The notes beneath the pieces were generated by a model. It worked only from the letters and a program-made list of their open reading frames with translations. It did no database searches and was not told where the DNA came from. Positions 30,601 to 39,765 of a stretch of DNA of 64,000 bases are shown one piece after another. Each line of letters starts with the position of its first letter. Position 1 is the stretch's first letter. The stretch is taken from positions 640,001-704,000 of the forward strand of contig CAWCUS010000001.1 of NCBI GenBank assembly GCA_963798845.1, given 5' to 3'. The position numbers and the translations under genes were made by a program. The stretch comes from an uncultured Gemmatimonadales bacterium (GTDB lineage Bacteria; Gemmatimonadota; Gemmatimonadetes; Longimicrobiales; RSA9).

Positions 30601-30648
30601 CTGCCGTCAGCGCGGAGCGGGTTCGTCAAGCTCACCTTCCGGTTCTGA
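27601..30648 (+). CDS. susC: SusC/RagA family TonB-dependent transporter
   Basis: PLIFIDGVR, IEVIKGPAAAALYGADASAGVIQIITK, NPDLKPE, terminal F; ATG 27601 has a GGAGG SD. Confidence 0.93.
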   Translation: MIRRFGSVVLLLAALFLPAGLAAQGAVITGTVHNQSLEPVRGAVVSVQGMRLSTVSNEQGFYRLQLPEGARGQITLGVEIIGYRPATVEVTVTGGTMRQDISLVEQAIALNEIVVTGTAGTQSRRAQAAVVSTVDAAQVTEVAPVSSITQLLQSRVPGMDVQVSGGNLGSTQVIRMRGQASLTLSNEPLIFIDGVRADQRNDALYYAVGGQQTSRLNDLRPEDIADIEVIKGPAAAALYGADASAGVIQIITKQGQQNSTFTQTLSAEYQALDWGYWTPPDNWAACTSSAVANADNPLCYGNAVGTLVHDNPLLRTDAIQQGYRQSLNWSGTGGGSNYGYYVSLGGDKGEGAFVNNKQNNVSARGNFNFQPTPKLRIEMGMGLVRAETQLPRNDNDIYGWLGGAMLGSPTSLGTTRDGWYAPNRQNAAIAAYENINTNMRTTPRLQVNYSPFQWMTNRLTMGGDLSRMEAHYFYPKNDNGWYSGVYNTGQIAQARQNYDRYTVDYLGNIANALTSTVSSDLSLGTQILYTRYDRTSATGIGLTTNAANAIDQAAQTTGGQTFNEEAQVGFFGQWQVGFSERLYLQMAGRLDQHSAFGVNADWFFSPKIGASWVVSDEPFWQGHMPAMISTLRVRAAYGTTGRSPTQGALATYTASPFAFVDRTVGSGVQAEDLGNPDLKPERGTEIEAGFEAGLFDERLGLELTYFNKVGTDVILRRPLPPSAGFTQNQLVNIGEVLNSGFEISANARMLTASNLSWDVRVGMNTLHSEIKDLGGVEPYWTGWAQQNKEGYEAHAFFTRQVEHFVLDSSDPQASICGTDADGQFAQCAIVTSEETYKGHYMPTFEGNLSSTLTFLRNFRVYALLDWKNNFMIYNNTDQFRERQFGQGERWVRRNDPTFNQSDEERLRRFGPFYYMDENGAYQPLSAGNVDDAYVEPGDFTRLREVSLHYSIPDQIAALAHVSGATLSVGGRNLALWTKYSGPDPEVSLYLTSDERSDFLTLPSARSGFVKLTFRF

Positions 30649-30657
30649 GGAGGAGCC

Positions 30658-32004
30658 ATGAACACGACGATCCGTAGCGGTTTCGCCGTCGCGCTCCTCG
30701 CCGCCGCCAGTCTGGCGGCCACGGCGTGCGACAACTTCCTGGATGTGAAGACGCCGTACACGATTGCGGCGAACAGCGTCGATCCGGTCAACGACGCGGT
30801 GGCGTTCTCCAACTCCTCCTGGCAGAACTACGTGGAGGCGCTGGGCGATTTCGCGGTCTACGAGGCGTGGTTCACCAACTCGCTGCGCGTCGGGGACACG
30901 TTCCCCACGCGGAACGAGTTCGGCCGACGGTTCCTCGACGACCGGACCAACGGCACGCTCAACACAGAGCTGTGGACCCCCATCTCCAGGGCGGTGGCAT
31001 CGGCCGAGGACGGCCTCGTGCTGCTCGCGGAGCTGGATGACAGCGACATCAACCGGACCCGCCTGTATCTGACAACGGGCTTCGCGTCGCTGACCATGGC
31101 CGAGTCGTTCTGCACGGGCGTGATCCGCGAGGGGCCGGACGCGCCATCGCCGGAGCTGACGAGGGCGCAGATGCTGGAGCACGCCATCGAGCGGTTCCAG
31201 CAGACCATCTCCTCCGGCACGGCCAACGGCACGGCCAACGGCGTCGCAATGGCCAATGCGGCGCGCGTGGGCCTGGCCCGGGCGCACCTGTTCCACGGTG
31301 ACCTGGCGTCGGTGGCGGGCAATGTGAGCGGGCTGCCCGCCGGCTTCGAGTTCAATGCCGTGTACGTGGATGACGCGGGCAACCGCGGCCGTCTGGGCAA
31401 CACGGTGTTCGCGTTCTCCGGCCGCACCGCCAACCGCGAGAGCGGGGTGGTGGGACCGGAGTGGCGGGCGCTCGGTCAGGGAGTGGACGTTTCCCCCACG
31501 CAGCCGTTCGCCGGCGAGGTCGACGGCGATGCGCGCGTGAGCTGGCGTTTCGAGGGTCGCACGGCGCAGGACGGCGTGCACGCCTTCGTGTTCCAGACCA
31601 CGCATGACGGCTGGGATGCCCCGCTCGTGGTGGCCAGCGAGCTCGAGGCGAAGTACCTCGTGCAGCAGGCCAGTGGCACGGACGCGACCCGGATCGATTT
31701 CATCAACGAGCGCCGGACGGCCAATGGCCTCGCCGCGCTTTCGGCCGGTGACTTCGCCGGTCCGGACGCCATCCTGGAGGAGCTGCTCTTCCAGAAGAGC
31801 CTCGACTTCTGGCTCACGGCCCGCCGCATGGCGGACTGGCGCTGGTACACGGGTGATGGCGCCACGGCGCGCAGCACGCACTTCCGCTACGTCCTCGAGC
31901 CCACCGACGAGTACTACAAGCCGGAAGTGGGCGGGATGGGCAACCAGGTGTGCTGGCCGCTGCCCTACAACGAGTACTCGCGGAACACGGACATCAACCG
32001 GTAG
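30658..32004 (+). CDS. susD: SusD-like outer membrane lipoprotein
   Basis: Lipobox ATAC-D; directly follows susC; ARVGLARAHL, DFWLTARRMADWR, CWPLP.NE. Confidence 0.8.
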   Translation: MNTTIRSGFAVALLAAASLAATACDNFLDVKTPYTIAANSVDPVNDAVAFSNSSWQNYVEALGDFAVYEAWFTNSLRVGDTFPTRNEFGRRFLDDRTNGTLNTELWTPISRAVASAEDGLVLLAELDDSDINRTRLYLTTGFASLTMAESFCTGVIREGPDAPSPELTRAQMLEHAIERFQQTISSGTANGTANGVAMANAARVGLARAHLFHGDLASVAGNVSGLPAGFEFNAVYVDDAGNRGRLGNTVFAFSGRTANRESGVVGPEWRALGQGVDVSPTQPFAGEVDGDARVSWRFEGRTAQDGVHAFVFQTTHDGWDAPLVVASELEAKYLVQQASGTDATRIDFINERRTANGLAALSAGDFAGPDAILEELLFQKSLDFWLTARRMADWRWYTGDGATARSTHFRYVLEPTDEYYKPEVGGMGNQVCWPLPYNEYSRNTDINR

Positions 32005-32016
32005 TCACGACGACCA

Positions 32017-32042
32017 GGCGGGGCGGCGCACGCCGCCCCGCC
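32017..32042 (+). terminator. GC-rich stem-loop downstream of susD
   Basis: Perfect 11-bp stem GGCGGGGCGGC-GCAC-GCCGCCCCGCC; no U tract. Confidence 0.55.
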
Positions 32043-32179
32043 GCTGCCCGTGTGCCCGGCGCGAGCATCGGCTTGTGCCGGGCACGCTGTCTTTCCAGGG
32101 CGGTTTGCGGCTGGTATCTCGTCTCACGGCCGCCGGCCGTCCAACCCGAGCTCACGTCTGCAGCGTCATGGAGGCGCCC

Positions 32180-34228
32180 ATGCACCGCGCTCCGTTGTTC
32201 GCCCTGGCCGCCGCGCTGGCGGCCACCGCCTTTCCCCGCCCCGCTGCCGCGCAGCAGCAAGACGGGCGGCTCCAGCTGGCATCCTTTCTCGAGTGGGAGA
32301 CCGTTTCGGGCCCCCGGCTCTCGCCCGATGGCCGGCAGGTCCTCTTCACCCGCCGGCACGTGGACAAGATGAACGATCGTTGGACCGGAGCGCTCTGGCT
32401 CATCAACACGGACGGTTCGAAGCTCCGGTTCCTCACCAATGGCGGCGACGCCGAGTGGTCGCCGGACGGCACGCGCACGGCATACACCGCCAGCGGGGCA
32501 CCGGACGGGACCCAGGTCTTCGTACGCTGGATGGACGCGGAGGGGGCGACCACGCAGGTGACCCACGTCACCGAGGCTCCCTCCAACCTCGCCTGGAGCC
32601 CGGACGGGACGTGGATCGCCTTCTCGATGCTGGTGCCGAAGGCGGACAGCTGGAAGATCGCAATGCCGGCGAAGCCCGAGGGGGCGAAGTGGACGGAGAC
32701 GCCCCGCATCGTCCAGAGCGTGGACTACCGCCAGGACCGCCGCGGCTTCAATGAGGAAGGGCACAGGCATATCTTCGTGGTCCCCGCCACGGGCGGGACA
32801 CCGAGGCAGATCACGAGTGGCGACTGGGACCATACGAGCCCGGAATGGACGCCCGACGGCCGCGCCATCCTCTTCTCCACCCTTCGCACCGAGGACTCCG
32901 AATACGCCTGGCGCGAGTCGGAGGTCTACCGCGTGGACGTGGAGACAGGTGAAATCTCGCAGCTCACGCACCGCCGCGGGCCCGACTACGCTCCGCGCGT
33001 CTCCCCGGACGGCCGTCGCATCGCCTACGTGGGCTACGACTGGAGCAATGACACGTTCCAGGAGTCCATGCTTTACGTCATGGACGCCGACGGCTCCAAC
33101 CCGCGGGCGCTGACCGCTTCGCTGGACCGCTCGCCGAGCGGCCACATGTGGGCGCCGGACGGGAGCGGCGTCTATTTCAACGTGAGCCGGGAAGGCGTGC
33201 GCGATCTCTACTTCGTCTCACTGGACGGGAGCGTCCGCCGGGTCACGGAGGGGAGCCACGTGCTGGACGTGGCGGACATACGAGGGCGGACAGCGGTGGG
33301 CGTGCGGGCGGAACCGCAGGCGCCGGGCGACATCGTCGCCTTCGACCTCCGTCGCCCGGCGGAGATGCGCCAGCTGACCGCAGTCAACGCCAATGTGCTA
33401 CACGGCGTGGAGCTGGGCGAAGTGGAGGAGATCTGGTACCCGTCGCTGGACGGGTTCCGGATCCAGGGCTGGGTCATCAAGCCCCCGGATTTCGACCCGA
33501 CGCGCAAGTACCCGCTCATGCTCACCATCCACGGCGGTCCGCACGCCATGTACGACGCGGGCTTCAACTTCGCCTGGCAGGAACACGCGGCCCACGGGTA
33601 CGTGGTGCTCTACCTCAACCCTCGGGGCAGCTCCGGCTATGGCAGCGCGTTCGGGAACGCCATCAAGAACGACTACCCGAACAAGGACTACAACGACCTG
33701 ATGACCGGCGTGGACACGGTCATCAACCGCGGCTACATCGACAGCGACAACATGTTCGTGTACGGGTGCAGCGGCGGCGGCGTGCTCACGGCCTGGACGG
33801 TGGGTCATACCGACCGCTTCCGCGCGGCGTCGGCCAACTGCGCGGTCATCGACTGGATCAGCTTCGTGGGGAATACGGACTCGCCCAACTGGTACCGCAA
33901 CTTCGCGCACTATCCCTGGGAGGACCCGAGCGAGCATCTGCGCCGCTCGCCGCTGATGTACGCGGGCAACGTGAAGACGCCCACCATGCTCATGACGGGC
34001 GTCCTGGACCTGCGCACGCCCATCCCCCAGACCGAGGAGTTCTACGAGGCGCTCAAGGTGCTGAAGGTCCCCACGGCCATGGTCCGTTTCAACAACGAGT
34101 GGCACGGGACCAGCTCCACACCGTCGAACTTCCTGCGCACGCAGCTCTACCTGCGCTACTGGTTCGAGAAATGGGGCACGCACGACGAGCACGCGTCCGG
34201 CCCGGTGGCCGGTCATGCCAACCATTGA
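32180..34228 (+). CDS. Secreted S9 family peptidase (dipeptidyl aminopeptidase/acylaminoacyl peptidase)
   Basis: Signal peptide; WSPDG beta-propeller repeats; IHGGPH, GCSGGG, DLRTP, EWHG; ATG 32180 has a GGAGG SD. Confidence 0.93.
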   Translation: MHRAPLFALAAALAATAFPRPAAAQQQDGRLQLASFLEWETVSGPRLSPDGRQVLFTRRHVDKMNDRWTGALWLINTDGSKLRFLTNGGDAEWSPDGTRTAYTASGAPDGTQVFVRWMDAEGATTQVTHVTEAPSNLAWSPDGTWIAFSMLVPKADSWKIAMPAKPEGAKWTETPRIVQSVDYRQDRRGFNEEGHRHIFVVPATGGTPRQITSGDWDHTSPEWTPDGRAILFSTLRTEDSEYAWRESEVYRVDVETGEISQLTHRRGPDYAPRVSPDGRRIAYVGYDWSNDTFQESMLYVMDADGSNPRALTASLDRSPSGHMWAPDGSGVYFNVSREGVRDLYFVSLDGSVRRVTEGSHVLDVADIRGRTAVGVRAEPQAPGDIVAFDLRRPAEMRQLTAVNANVLHGVELGEVEEIWYPSLDGFRIQGWVIKPPDFDPTRKYPLMLTIHGGPHAMYDAGFNFAWQEHAAHGYVVLYLNPRGSSGYGSAFGNAIKNDYPNKDYNDLMTGVDTVINRGYIDSDNMFVYGCSGGGVLTAWTVGHTDRFRAASANCAVIDWISFVGNTDSPNWYRNFAHYPWEDPSEHLRRSPLMYAGNVKTPTMLMTGVLDLRTPIPQTEEFYEALKVLKVPTAMVRFNNEWHGTSSTPSNFLRTQLYLRYWFEKWGTHDEHASGPVAGHANH

Positions 34229-34265
34229 GCCCGGCGCCGCACACCGGATTCCACGAGGAGGTTCG

Positions 34266-34670
34266 ATGAAGAAGATGATGCTGGGGCTGGCCCTCGCGCT
34301 CGCGTTCACCGGCGCCTGCGCCACGGCCGGCACCTCCGGCGGACCGGCCGGGTCCTCGCGCGACACGCTGGAGCGCGACGAGATCGCGGCGGAAGGCGGG
34401 CAGATCCGCACGGCCTACGACGCAGTGGAGCAGCTCCGGCCGCAGTTCCTCCGCAACCGCCCGAACGCGACGGTGGGCGTCGGCGCGGCCACGGTGGAGC
34501 CCGTGGTGGTCTATGTGGACGGGATCCAGCGGGGCGGCGTGGCCGAGCTCAGGAACATCCCGATCGAGCGCGTGCTGCGGATCCACTACGTGCGCCCGAC
34601 GGACGCCCAGACCCGCTACGGGATCGGCCACGGCAGCGGGGTCATCGAGGTGACAACCATCACCGGCTGA
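34266..34670 (+). CDS. Small lipoprotein consisting of a stand-alone TonB-receptor plug-like domain
   Basis: Lipobox FTGAC-A; PVVVYVDG...LRNIP...I.Y....AQTRYG....GVIEVTT parallels the plug motif; GAGGAGG SD. Confidence 0.75.
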   Translation: MKKMMLGLALALAFTGACATAGTSGGPAGSSRDTLERDEIAAEGGQIRTAYDAVEQLRPQFLRNRPNATVGVGAATVEPVVVYVDGIQRGGVAELRNIPIERVLRIHYVRPTDAQTRYGIGHGSGVIEVTTITG

Positions 34671-34674
34671 CCCA

Positions 34675-36291
34675 TCACGGGCCACCGCCCCGCTTCGAGT
34701 CGAGGTAGGGGCCGCGGCCACGGCTCCAGATCACGAGCGCGCCGTTCAGCGCGGCGCGCTCGCCCCACCGGAACGCGCTCATCGGCGGCAGGAACTCGAT
34801 GCTCTCGATCTGCCACACCCCCATCGTGTTCAACATCTCGGCCCCGCGCACCGTGGCCACGCCGTCGATCACGATCGCGAGCATCTCGCACCAGGGGAGC
34901 GTGGTCTCCTGCTCGGGCACGACGAACCGCTGGAGGGCACGGCTGCTCTGCACGCAGACGCCATACTCCACTCCGTCCGAAGTCTCGAACCGCCCCTCCT
35001 GCACGCGCAAGCTCGGGATCTGGCTCAGCAGCTCCGTGACCGACGCCGCCCTCAGGTCGGCGAGGCGCATGTCCGCACCCGCGACCACGTGCGGCGCCTG
35101 CGTGGCGGCGCGCGCGGACCGGGTCTCGGCTGTCGTCGCCCGCACCACGAGGGCGTCGAGGGTGATGGCGCGTGGCGCCGTCCGGAGCTCCACCACCACG
35201 CTGGCCCCGGCCGGCACGCCCACCGGTTGCGACGCGCGGTCGTAGCCCAGCCGCTCCACCTGGAACACGTACGACCCTTTCTGAAGGTCGTCGAAGCGGA
35301 AATTCCCCGCGTCGTCGGTCAGCGTTTCCCGCCCCCGCACCCGCACCACGGCGCCCGGGACCGGTGCGTCCGTGTCGGCGTCCAGGAGCCGCCCCAGCAC
35401 CGTGGAGAGCGAATCGGGTCGCATCAGCGGCGAGGACTCCACCACCCGGACCGACGACGGCCTTCCCACCTCCAGCCCGAGGTCCATGCGCGCCAGCGCG
35501 CCGGGATGCACGCGCACGTCCGATTGCCGCGGCCCGATCCGGCCGAGCGCCGTCAGCCATACCGTCAGCGGGACATCCGCGGCAACATCGCACAGCACGA
35601 ACCGGCCTGCCGCGTCGGTCCTCGCCTCCGCCTGTGTGCGCCGCCCCCCCGCCACCTCCCACTCCGCCACCACCGTGGCCGCCGGAAGACGCACCGACGT
35701 GGCCGGGTCGAACGCCACGCCCGCCAGCACTCCGCGCGACCCTGCCGCCGCGCTCCCCGGATCCTGCGTCGGCGAACCGTCCGCCCGCGGCAGCGCGCAC
35801 GCGCGTGCGCGGTCGTACAGCTCCGACGGGATGGTCAGGATGAGCGGATCCGGGGGAGCATCGGCCCCGATCACGATCGGCCCCGCCACTGAGCTGCTCG
35901 CCCCTCCGAGCCTCGCCTGCACGTGGTAGCGACCCGGCTTCAGCTGCGAAAAGGCGAAGCCCCCGTCCTCGCCCAATGCCGTCGCACCCACGACCGCCAT
36001 TGCCTCGCTGAGCAGCTCGACGCTCGCCCCCGCCACCGGCTCCTGCCATCCCGCCATGACCACCCGCCCGTGCACTGCCACCTGCCCGGCGCACCGGGAA
36101 GCGGCGACCGGGAGTGGCCCGAACAGCGCCACCAGAGCCAGCACCGTGGCCGCGGCTCCGGGGCCAGTCCGCCCTGGCCTGCCGCAGGCAATGCCGTGCC
36201 GCCAGCGAACCCGCGGAGGAAGTGGCGCACTCCAGGCGTGCGTCACACGTGGGGCGTCCGGGACGTGGGGCGGAATGGCGGGATCGGACAT
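34675..36291 (-). CDS. Protein with three carboxypeptidase-regulatory-like domains and a C-terminal plug-like domain, no beta-barrel
   Basis: Three G.V.D......GA.V...TD..G.F repeats; ends IVIDG...IESIEFL.....RWG....GALVIWSR; ATG 36291 has a GGAGG SD. Confidence 0.7.
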   Translation of the reverse strand: MSDPAIPPHVPDAPRVTHAWSAPLPPRVRWRHGIACGRPGRTGPGAAATVLALVALFGPLPVAASRCAGQVAVHGRVVMAGWQEPVAGASVELLSEAMAVVGATALGEDGGFAFSQLKPGRYHVQARLGGASSSVAGPIVIGADAPPDPLILTIPSELYDRARACALPRADGSPTQDPGSAAAGSRGVLAGVAFDPATSVRLPAATVVAEWEVAGGRRTQAEARTDAAGRFVLCDVAADVPLTVWLTALGRIGPRQSDVRVHPGALARMDLGLEVGRPSSVRVVESSPLMRPDSLSTVLGRLLDADTDAPVPGAVVRVRGRETLTDDAGNFRFDDLQKGSYVFQVERLGYDRASQPVGVPAGASVVVELRTAPRAITLDALVVRATTAETRSARAATQAPHVVAGADMRLADLRAASVTELLSQIPSLRVQEGRFETSDGVEYGVCVQSSRALQRFVVPEQETTLPWCEMLAIVIDGVATVRGAEMLNTMGVWQIESIEFLPPMSAFRWGERAALNGALVIWSRGRGPYLDSKRGGGP

Positions 36292-36407
36292 GGTACCTCC
36301 GCGGGGCGTGCCGTGGCCCCGGCACGAGTCTCCTGCCAATGTACATCCGGAAGCCGCCGTGCGGCAAGGACCTCGGCGTCACGGCTTCAACGTTTTCCCC
36401 GCCGGGA

Positions 36408-39011
36408 TCAGGACGGCGGGGGGGAGCCGGCCCGCTCGGGCACCGGAACGGAGTCCTGGAACGGCGTCGAGTCCGGCACCGAATCCGGGCCCACTGCCGA
36501 ATCCGGCACCGGGGTCGAATCCGGCCCCGGGGTCGGGGCCGGCATGAGCCGGGAGTCCGGCAGTCGCACGGAATCCGGGAGAGGCAGCGAGTCGGGAGCC
36601 GGGATCGAATCCGTGACCAGCACGGTGTCGGGCTCCGGCAGCGAATCCGGGAAGGGGAAGGAGTCCACGGGGATGCCCAGCGGTGCGGTGTCGGGCGGGC
36701 TCACCCCCTGTCCCTCGCGCGGGAGACGCGGCCGTCCGAGGTAGCGCTCCTGCTGCCGCTCCCGTTCCTCCTCGCCCTGGCCGAAGAGCCCTGCGACGAA
36801 GTGCCCCAGGCGGGCGAACGCGTGACGGATCCCCTGGATGAGGCGCCCGAAGAAGCCGCGCTCGGCCTCGCCGGCGGGACAAATGGTGGCCGGCACATCG
36901 GACTTGAGGAAGAGTTCGGTGCGCGCCTTCCCCTTCTCGGGGCGACACCCGTCCGCCAGGACGAGACCGCTGCCGGGGTCGATCCGCCGTTCCACCACGG
37001 ACGAGGGCCGTTCCCAGGCGTCGGGTCTGTCCCGCCTCCGGTAGGCGGCGCGGACGATCCGCCCCCAGACCGGCGCGGCCAGCTCGCCCCCGGTCGCGCC
37101 GGCGGCGATCGGCTGCGGCCTGTCGAGGCCGATCCACACGCCCCCCGCCAGGTCCGGCGTGTACCCCACGAACCACGCGTCGAAGCCCTCGTTGGTGGTC
37201 CCCGTCTTCCCCGCGGCCGGTGCGCGCACGCCGGCCTCCCGGACGGCGTGACCGGTGCCCCGGTCCACGACGTCGCGCAGCAGGCTCGTCACCAGGTAGG
37301 CGACGCCGGGCGAGAACGCCCGGTGCCGCTTCGGCCGTGCCCGCCAGACCACCTTTCCGGTGGTGTCCTCCACGCTCGTCACCAGGCGCGGCCGCACGGC
37401 CCGGCCCTCCGCGGAGAACGCGGTGTAGGCCGCGGTCAGATCAATGAGCGGAATGCCAATGGCGCCCAGGGCCAGCGACGGCAGGATCACCATCTGCTCC
37501 TGGACCCCGGCGTCCTTCGCCGCCCGCACCACGTCGTCCAGACCCACCGCGAGGGCGAGCCGAGCGGTAGCGATGTTGACGGAGTGGACTGCCGCTTCCC
37601 GCATGGTCACGTCCCCGCCGGAGCGGCCGCTGAAGTTCTGCGGCTCCCACACCTCGCCACCCGGGAGCTTCACCACCAGCGGCTCGTCACTCAGCCGCTG
37701 GCTGGGCGCGTAGCCGTTGCGCAGCGCGGCGGCGAAGACGAACGGCTTGAACGCGCTGCCCACCTGACGCCTCGCCTGGGTGGCGCGGTCGTACGGGGAG
37801 TCGTCGAAGTCGCGGCCACCCACCAGCGCCAGCACATCCCCGCTGTCCGACCGCATGACCACGGCCGCCCCCTGCAGGTAGCGCGTCCCGGCCGAGTCCA
37901 CCGCGTCCGCTTCCCCGTAGCGCTTCTCCCCGCGATAGCGGCCGTACGCCCCTCTCTCGATCGACGCCAGCTGCCGCCTGACCTCCCGCTCGGCCGCGCG
38001 CTGGAGCGCCGGGTCCAGCGTGGTGTGGATGCGGAGCGGGCCGGCGTACAGCCCGTCGCCCAGCTGCCGCTCCAGCAGGCGGCGCACCGCCCGAATGAAG
38101 TAGGGAGCCGGCCCTGGCTTCTCGTCCGGCAGCGGTCGCTCACGGACGACGCGGAGCCGCGTCGATTTCGCCTCGTCCGCCGAGTCCCCCGACACCCGCC
38201 CCTGTGCCGCCATGAGCGAAAGCACCAGGTCACGCCGCTCCTTCGCGCGATCGGGATGCTCGCGCGGATCGTAGCTGTTGGGCGCTTTCGGCATGGCCGC
38301 CAGCGTGGCCGCCTGCGCCAGCGTCAGCTCCTCGGCCGGGCGGCCGAAGTAGGCCCTCGCTGCCCTCTCGATGCCGTAGACCGCCCCGCCGAAGTAGATG
38401 TGGTTGAGATACAGCTCCAGGATGTCGTGCTTGCTGAAGCGGTCCTCGATCTCCCCGGCCACGCGCATCTCCAGCAGCTTTCGCGTCAGCGTCTGCTCCT
38501 GCCCCGGCAGCCGGCCCGGAAAGACGTTCCTCGCCAGCTGCATCGTGATCGTGCTGCCGCCCTGTGCCGCGCCGCCCGCGCGCACGTCCGCCAGAAACGA
38601 TCCCGCCATGCGACGCCAGTCCACCCCGCCGTGCTCGTAATATCGGCGGTCCTCCACCGCCACGAACGCTGCCGGGACGTAGCCCGGGAGCGAGTCCAGC
38701 GCCACCAGCGCGCGAGACACGGGGGCCAGTCGCGCCACCTCGTCTCCGTTGCGGTCCAGGACCACGGGCGCTCCGCCGGGCTGCAGCGCCGCCAGCCGCT
38801 CCACTGCCGGGCAGCCGCGCAGCCCGCACGTCTGCCACGTCAGCCAGGCGAACAGCACTGACACGCCCGCGGCCACCAGCACCCAGCGCAGCGGTGGCGG
38901 CCAGTGCAGACCGCCGCCGCGCCAAATGGTAGGGTCGCGCCGCCACAGCGCGCCCAGCATCCGACGCAGCCGCCCGGGAATGGTTCGTGCACTCGTTTGC
39001 ATTCGACTCAT
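36408..39011 (-). CDS. Class A penicillin-binding protein (PBP1A family) with a C-terminal Pro-Asp-Ser repeat tail
   Basis: GT51 motifs AVEDRRY, GGSTITMQLARN, LELYLN; transpeptidase SAFK, SVN, KTGT. Start uncertain. Confidence 0.93.
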   Translation of the reverse strand: MSRMQTSARTIPGRLRRMLGALWRRDPTIWRGGGLHWPPPLRWVLVAAGVSVLFAWLTWQTCGLRGCPAVERLAALQPGGAPVVLDRNGDEVARLAPVSRALVALDSLPGYVPAAFVAVEDRRYYEHGGVDWRRMAGSFLADVRAGGAAQGGSTITMQLARNVFPGRLPGQEQTLTRKLLEMRVAGEIEDRFSKHDILELYLNHIYFGGAVYGIERAARAYFGRPAEELTLAQAATLAAMPKAPNSYDPREHPDRAKERRDLVLSLMAAQGRVSGDSADEAKSTRLRVVRERPLPDEKPGPAPYFIRAVRRLLERQLGDGLYAGPLRIHTTLDPALQRAAEREVRRQLASIERGAYGRYRGEKRYGEADAVDSAGTRYLQGAAVVMRSDSGDVLALVGGRDFDDSPYDRATQARRQVGSAFKPFVFAAALRNGYAPSQRLSDEPLVVKLPGGEVWEPQNFSGRSGGDVTMREAAVHSVNIATARLALAVGLDDVVRAAKDAGVQEQMVILPSLALGAIGIPLIDLTAAYTAFSAEGRAVRPRLVTSVEDTTGKVVWRARPKRHRAFSPGVAYLVTSLLRDVVDRGTGHAVREAGVRAPAAGKTGTTNEGFDAWFVGYTPDLAGGVWIGLDRPQPIAAGATGGELAAPVWGRIVRAAYRRRDRPDAWERPSSVVERRIDPGSGLVLADGCRPEKGKARTELFLKSDVPATICPAGEAERGFFGRLIQGIRHAFARLGHFVAGLFGQGEEERERQQERYLGRPRLPREGQGVSPPDTAPLGIPVDSFPFPDSLPEPDTVLVTDSIPAPDSLPLPDSVRLPDSRLMPAPTPGPDSTPVPDSAVGPDSVPDSTPFQDSVPVPERAGSPPPS

Positions 39012-39032
39012 GCCAAACAGGGAGTCGGAAAT

Positions 39033-39404
39033 ATGCACAAACTATGCAGCGTTCGCGCCGGCACGCTCGTCGCCCTCCTCGCCGCCGTCGCCCTGAGCGC
39101 CTGCGGCATGTTCGGCGGCAGCAATCAGCCCGAGCCCGCCTTCGCCACCGTCACGATCAACAACGACAGTCCCACGACCGTCACCGCCTATGCCGTCCGC
39201 TCCAGCGGCGTGCGGTATCGCCTCGGCACCGTGCCGGGCCTGACGGAAAAGGACTTCGACCTGCGCTCCGACATGGTCGGCCCCACGGGCGAGATGCAGC
39301 TGGTTGTGGACGTTCTCGGAACTTCCCGCATCTACTCGTCCGATCAGGTCTTCATCGAGCAGGGCGACAGCGTCGAGTTCACGGTCAGCCACATGGTGCG
39401 GTAG
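39033..39404 (+). CDS. Hypothetical lipoprotein
   Basis: Lipobox LSAC-G; YRLGTV motif; ATG 39033 with GGGAG upstream. Confidence 0.7.
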   Translation: MHKLCSVRAGTLVALLAAVALSACGMFGGSNQPEPAFATVTINNDSPTTVTAYAVRSSGVRYRLGTVPGLTEKDFDLRSDMVGPTGEMQLVVDVLGTSRIYSSDQVFIEQGDSVEFTVSHMVR

Positions 39405-39765
39405 AGCCGGCCTGCCTGTCCGGCTTCCCGGCCTGCCGCTTCCATCGCTTTATTACCCCCCGTAACATATCTTCAGCGAACCGGGGGCATCCGTCTCCCG
39501 GCTCGGCCGCGGGACGCGGCAGGAGAGGCATCGTGGCTACGCAGGGAGGCCGTTTCACGCGGTCGCTTCCTGGCAAGCGGTCGCCGTGCGGCGTTGCACA
39601 CCACGAGCCGGGGCATGCCCCGACCTACGGGGCGCCCCAGTTCCCTGCCCTATCCCACAGACGCGGCCGACGCGCGTTCCCAGTCCTTCGAGACCGACCT
39701 GATCCGTCTCCGGCTCGCAACCGGGGAACGCGCGCGTACCCATTCCATCCCGGGGAGAGATCGTA

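Noticed and set aside
39568..39600. Sigma54 promoter upstream of the lipid operon (TGGCAAGCGGTCGC)
   Set aside because: GG-to-GC spacing is 9 rather than 10 nt and there is no TTGC at -12.
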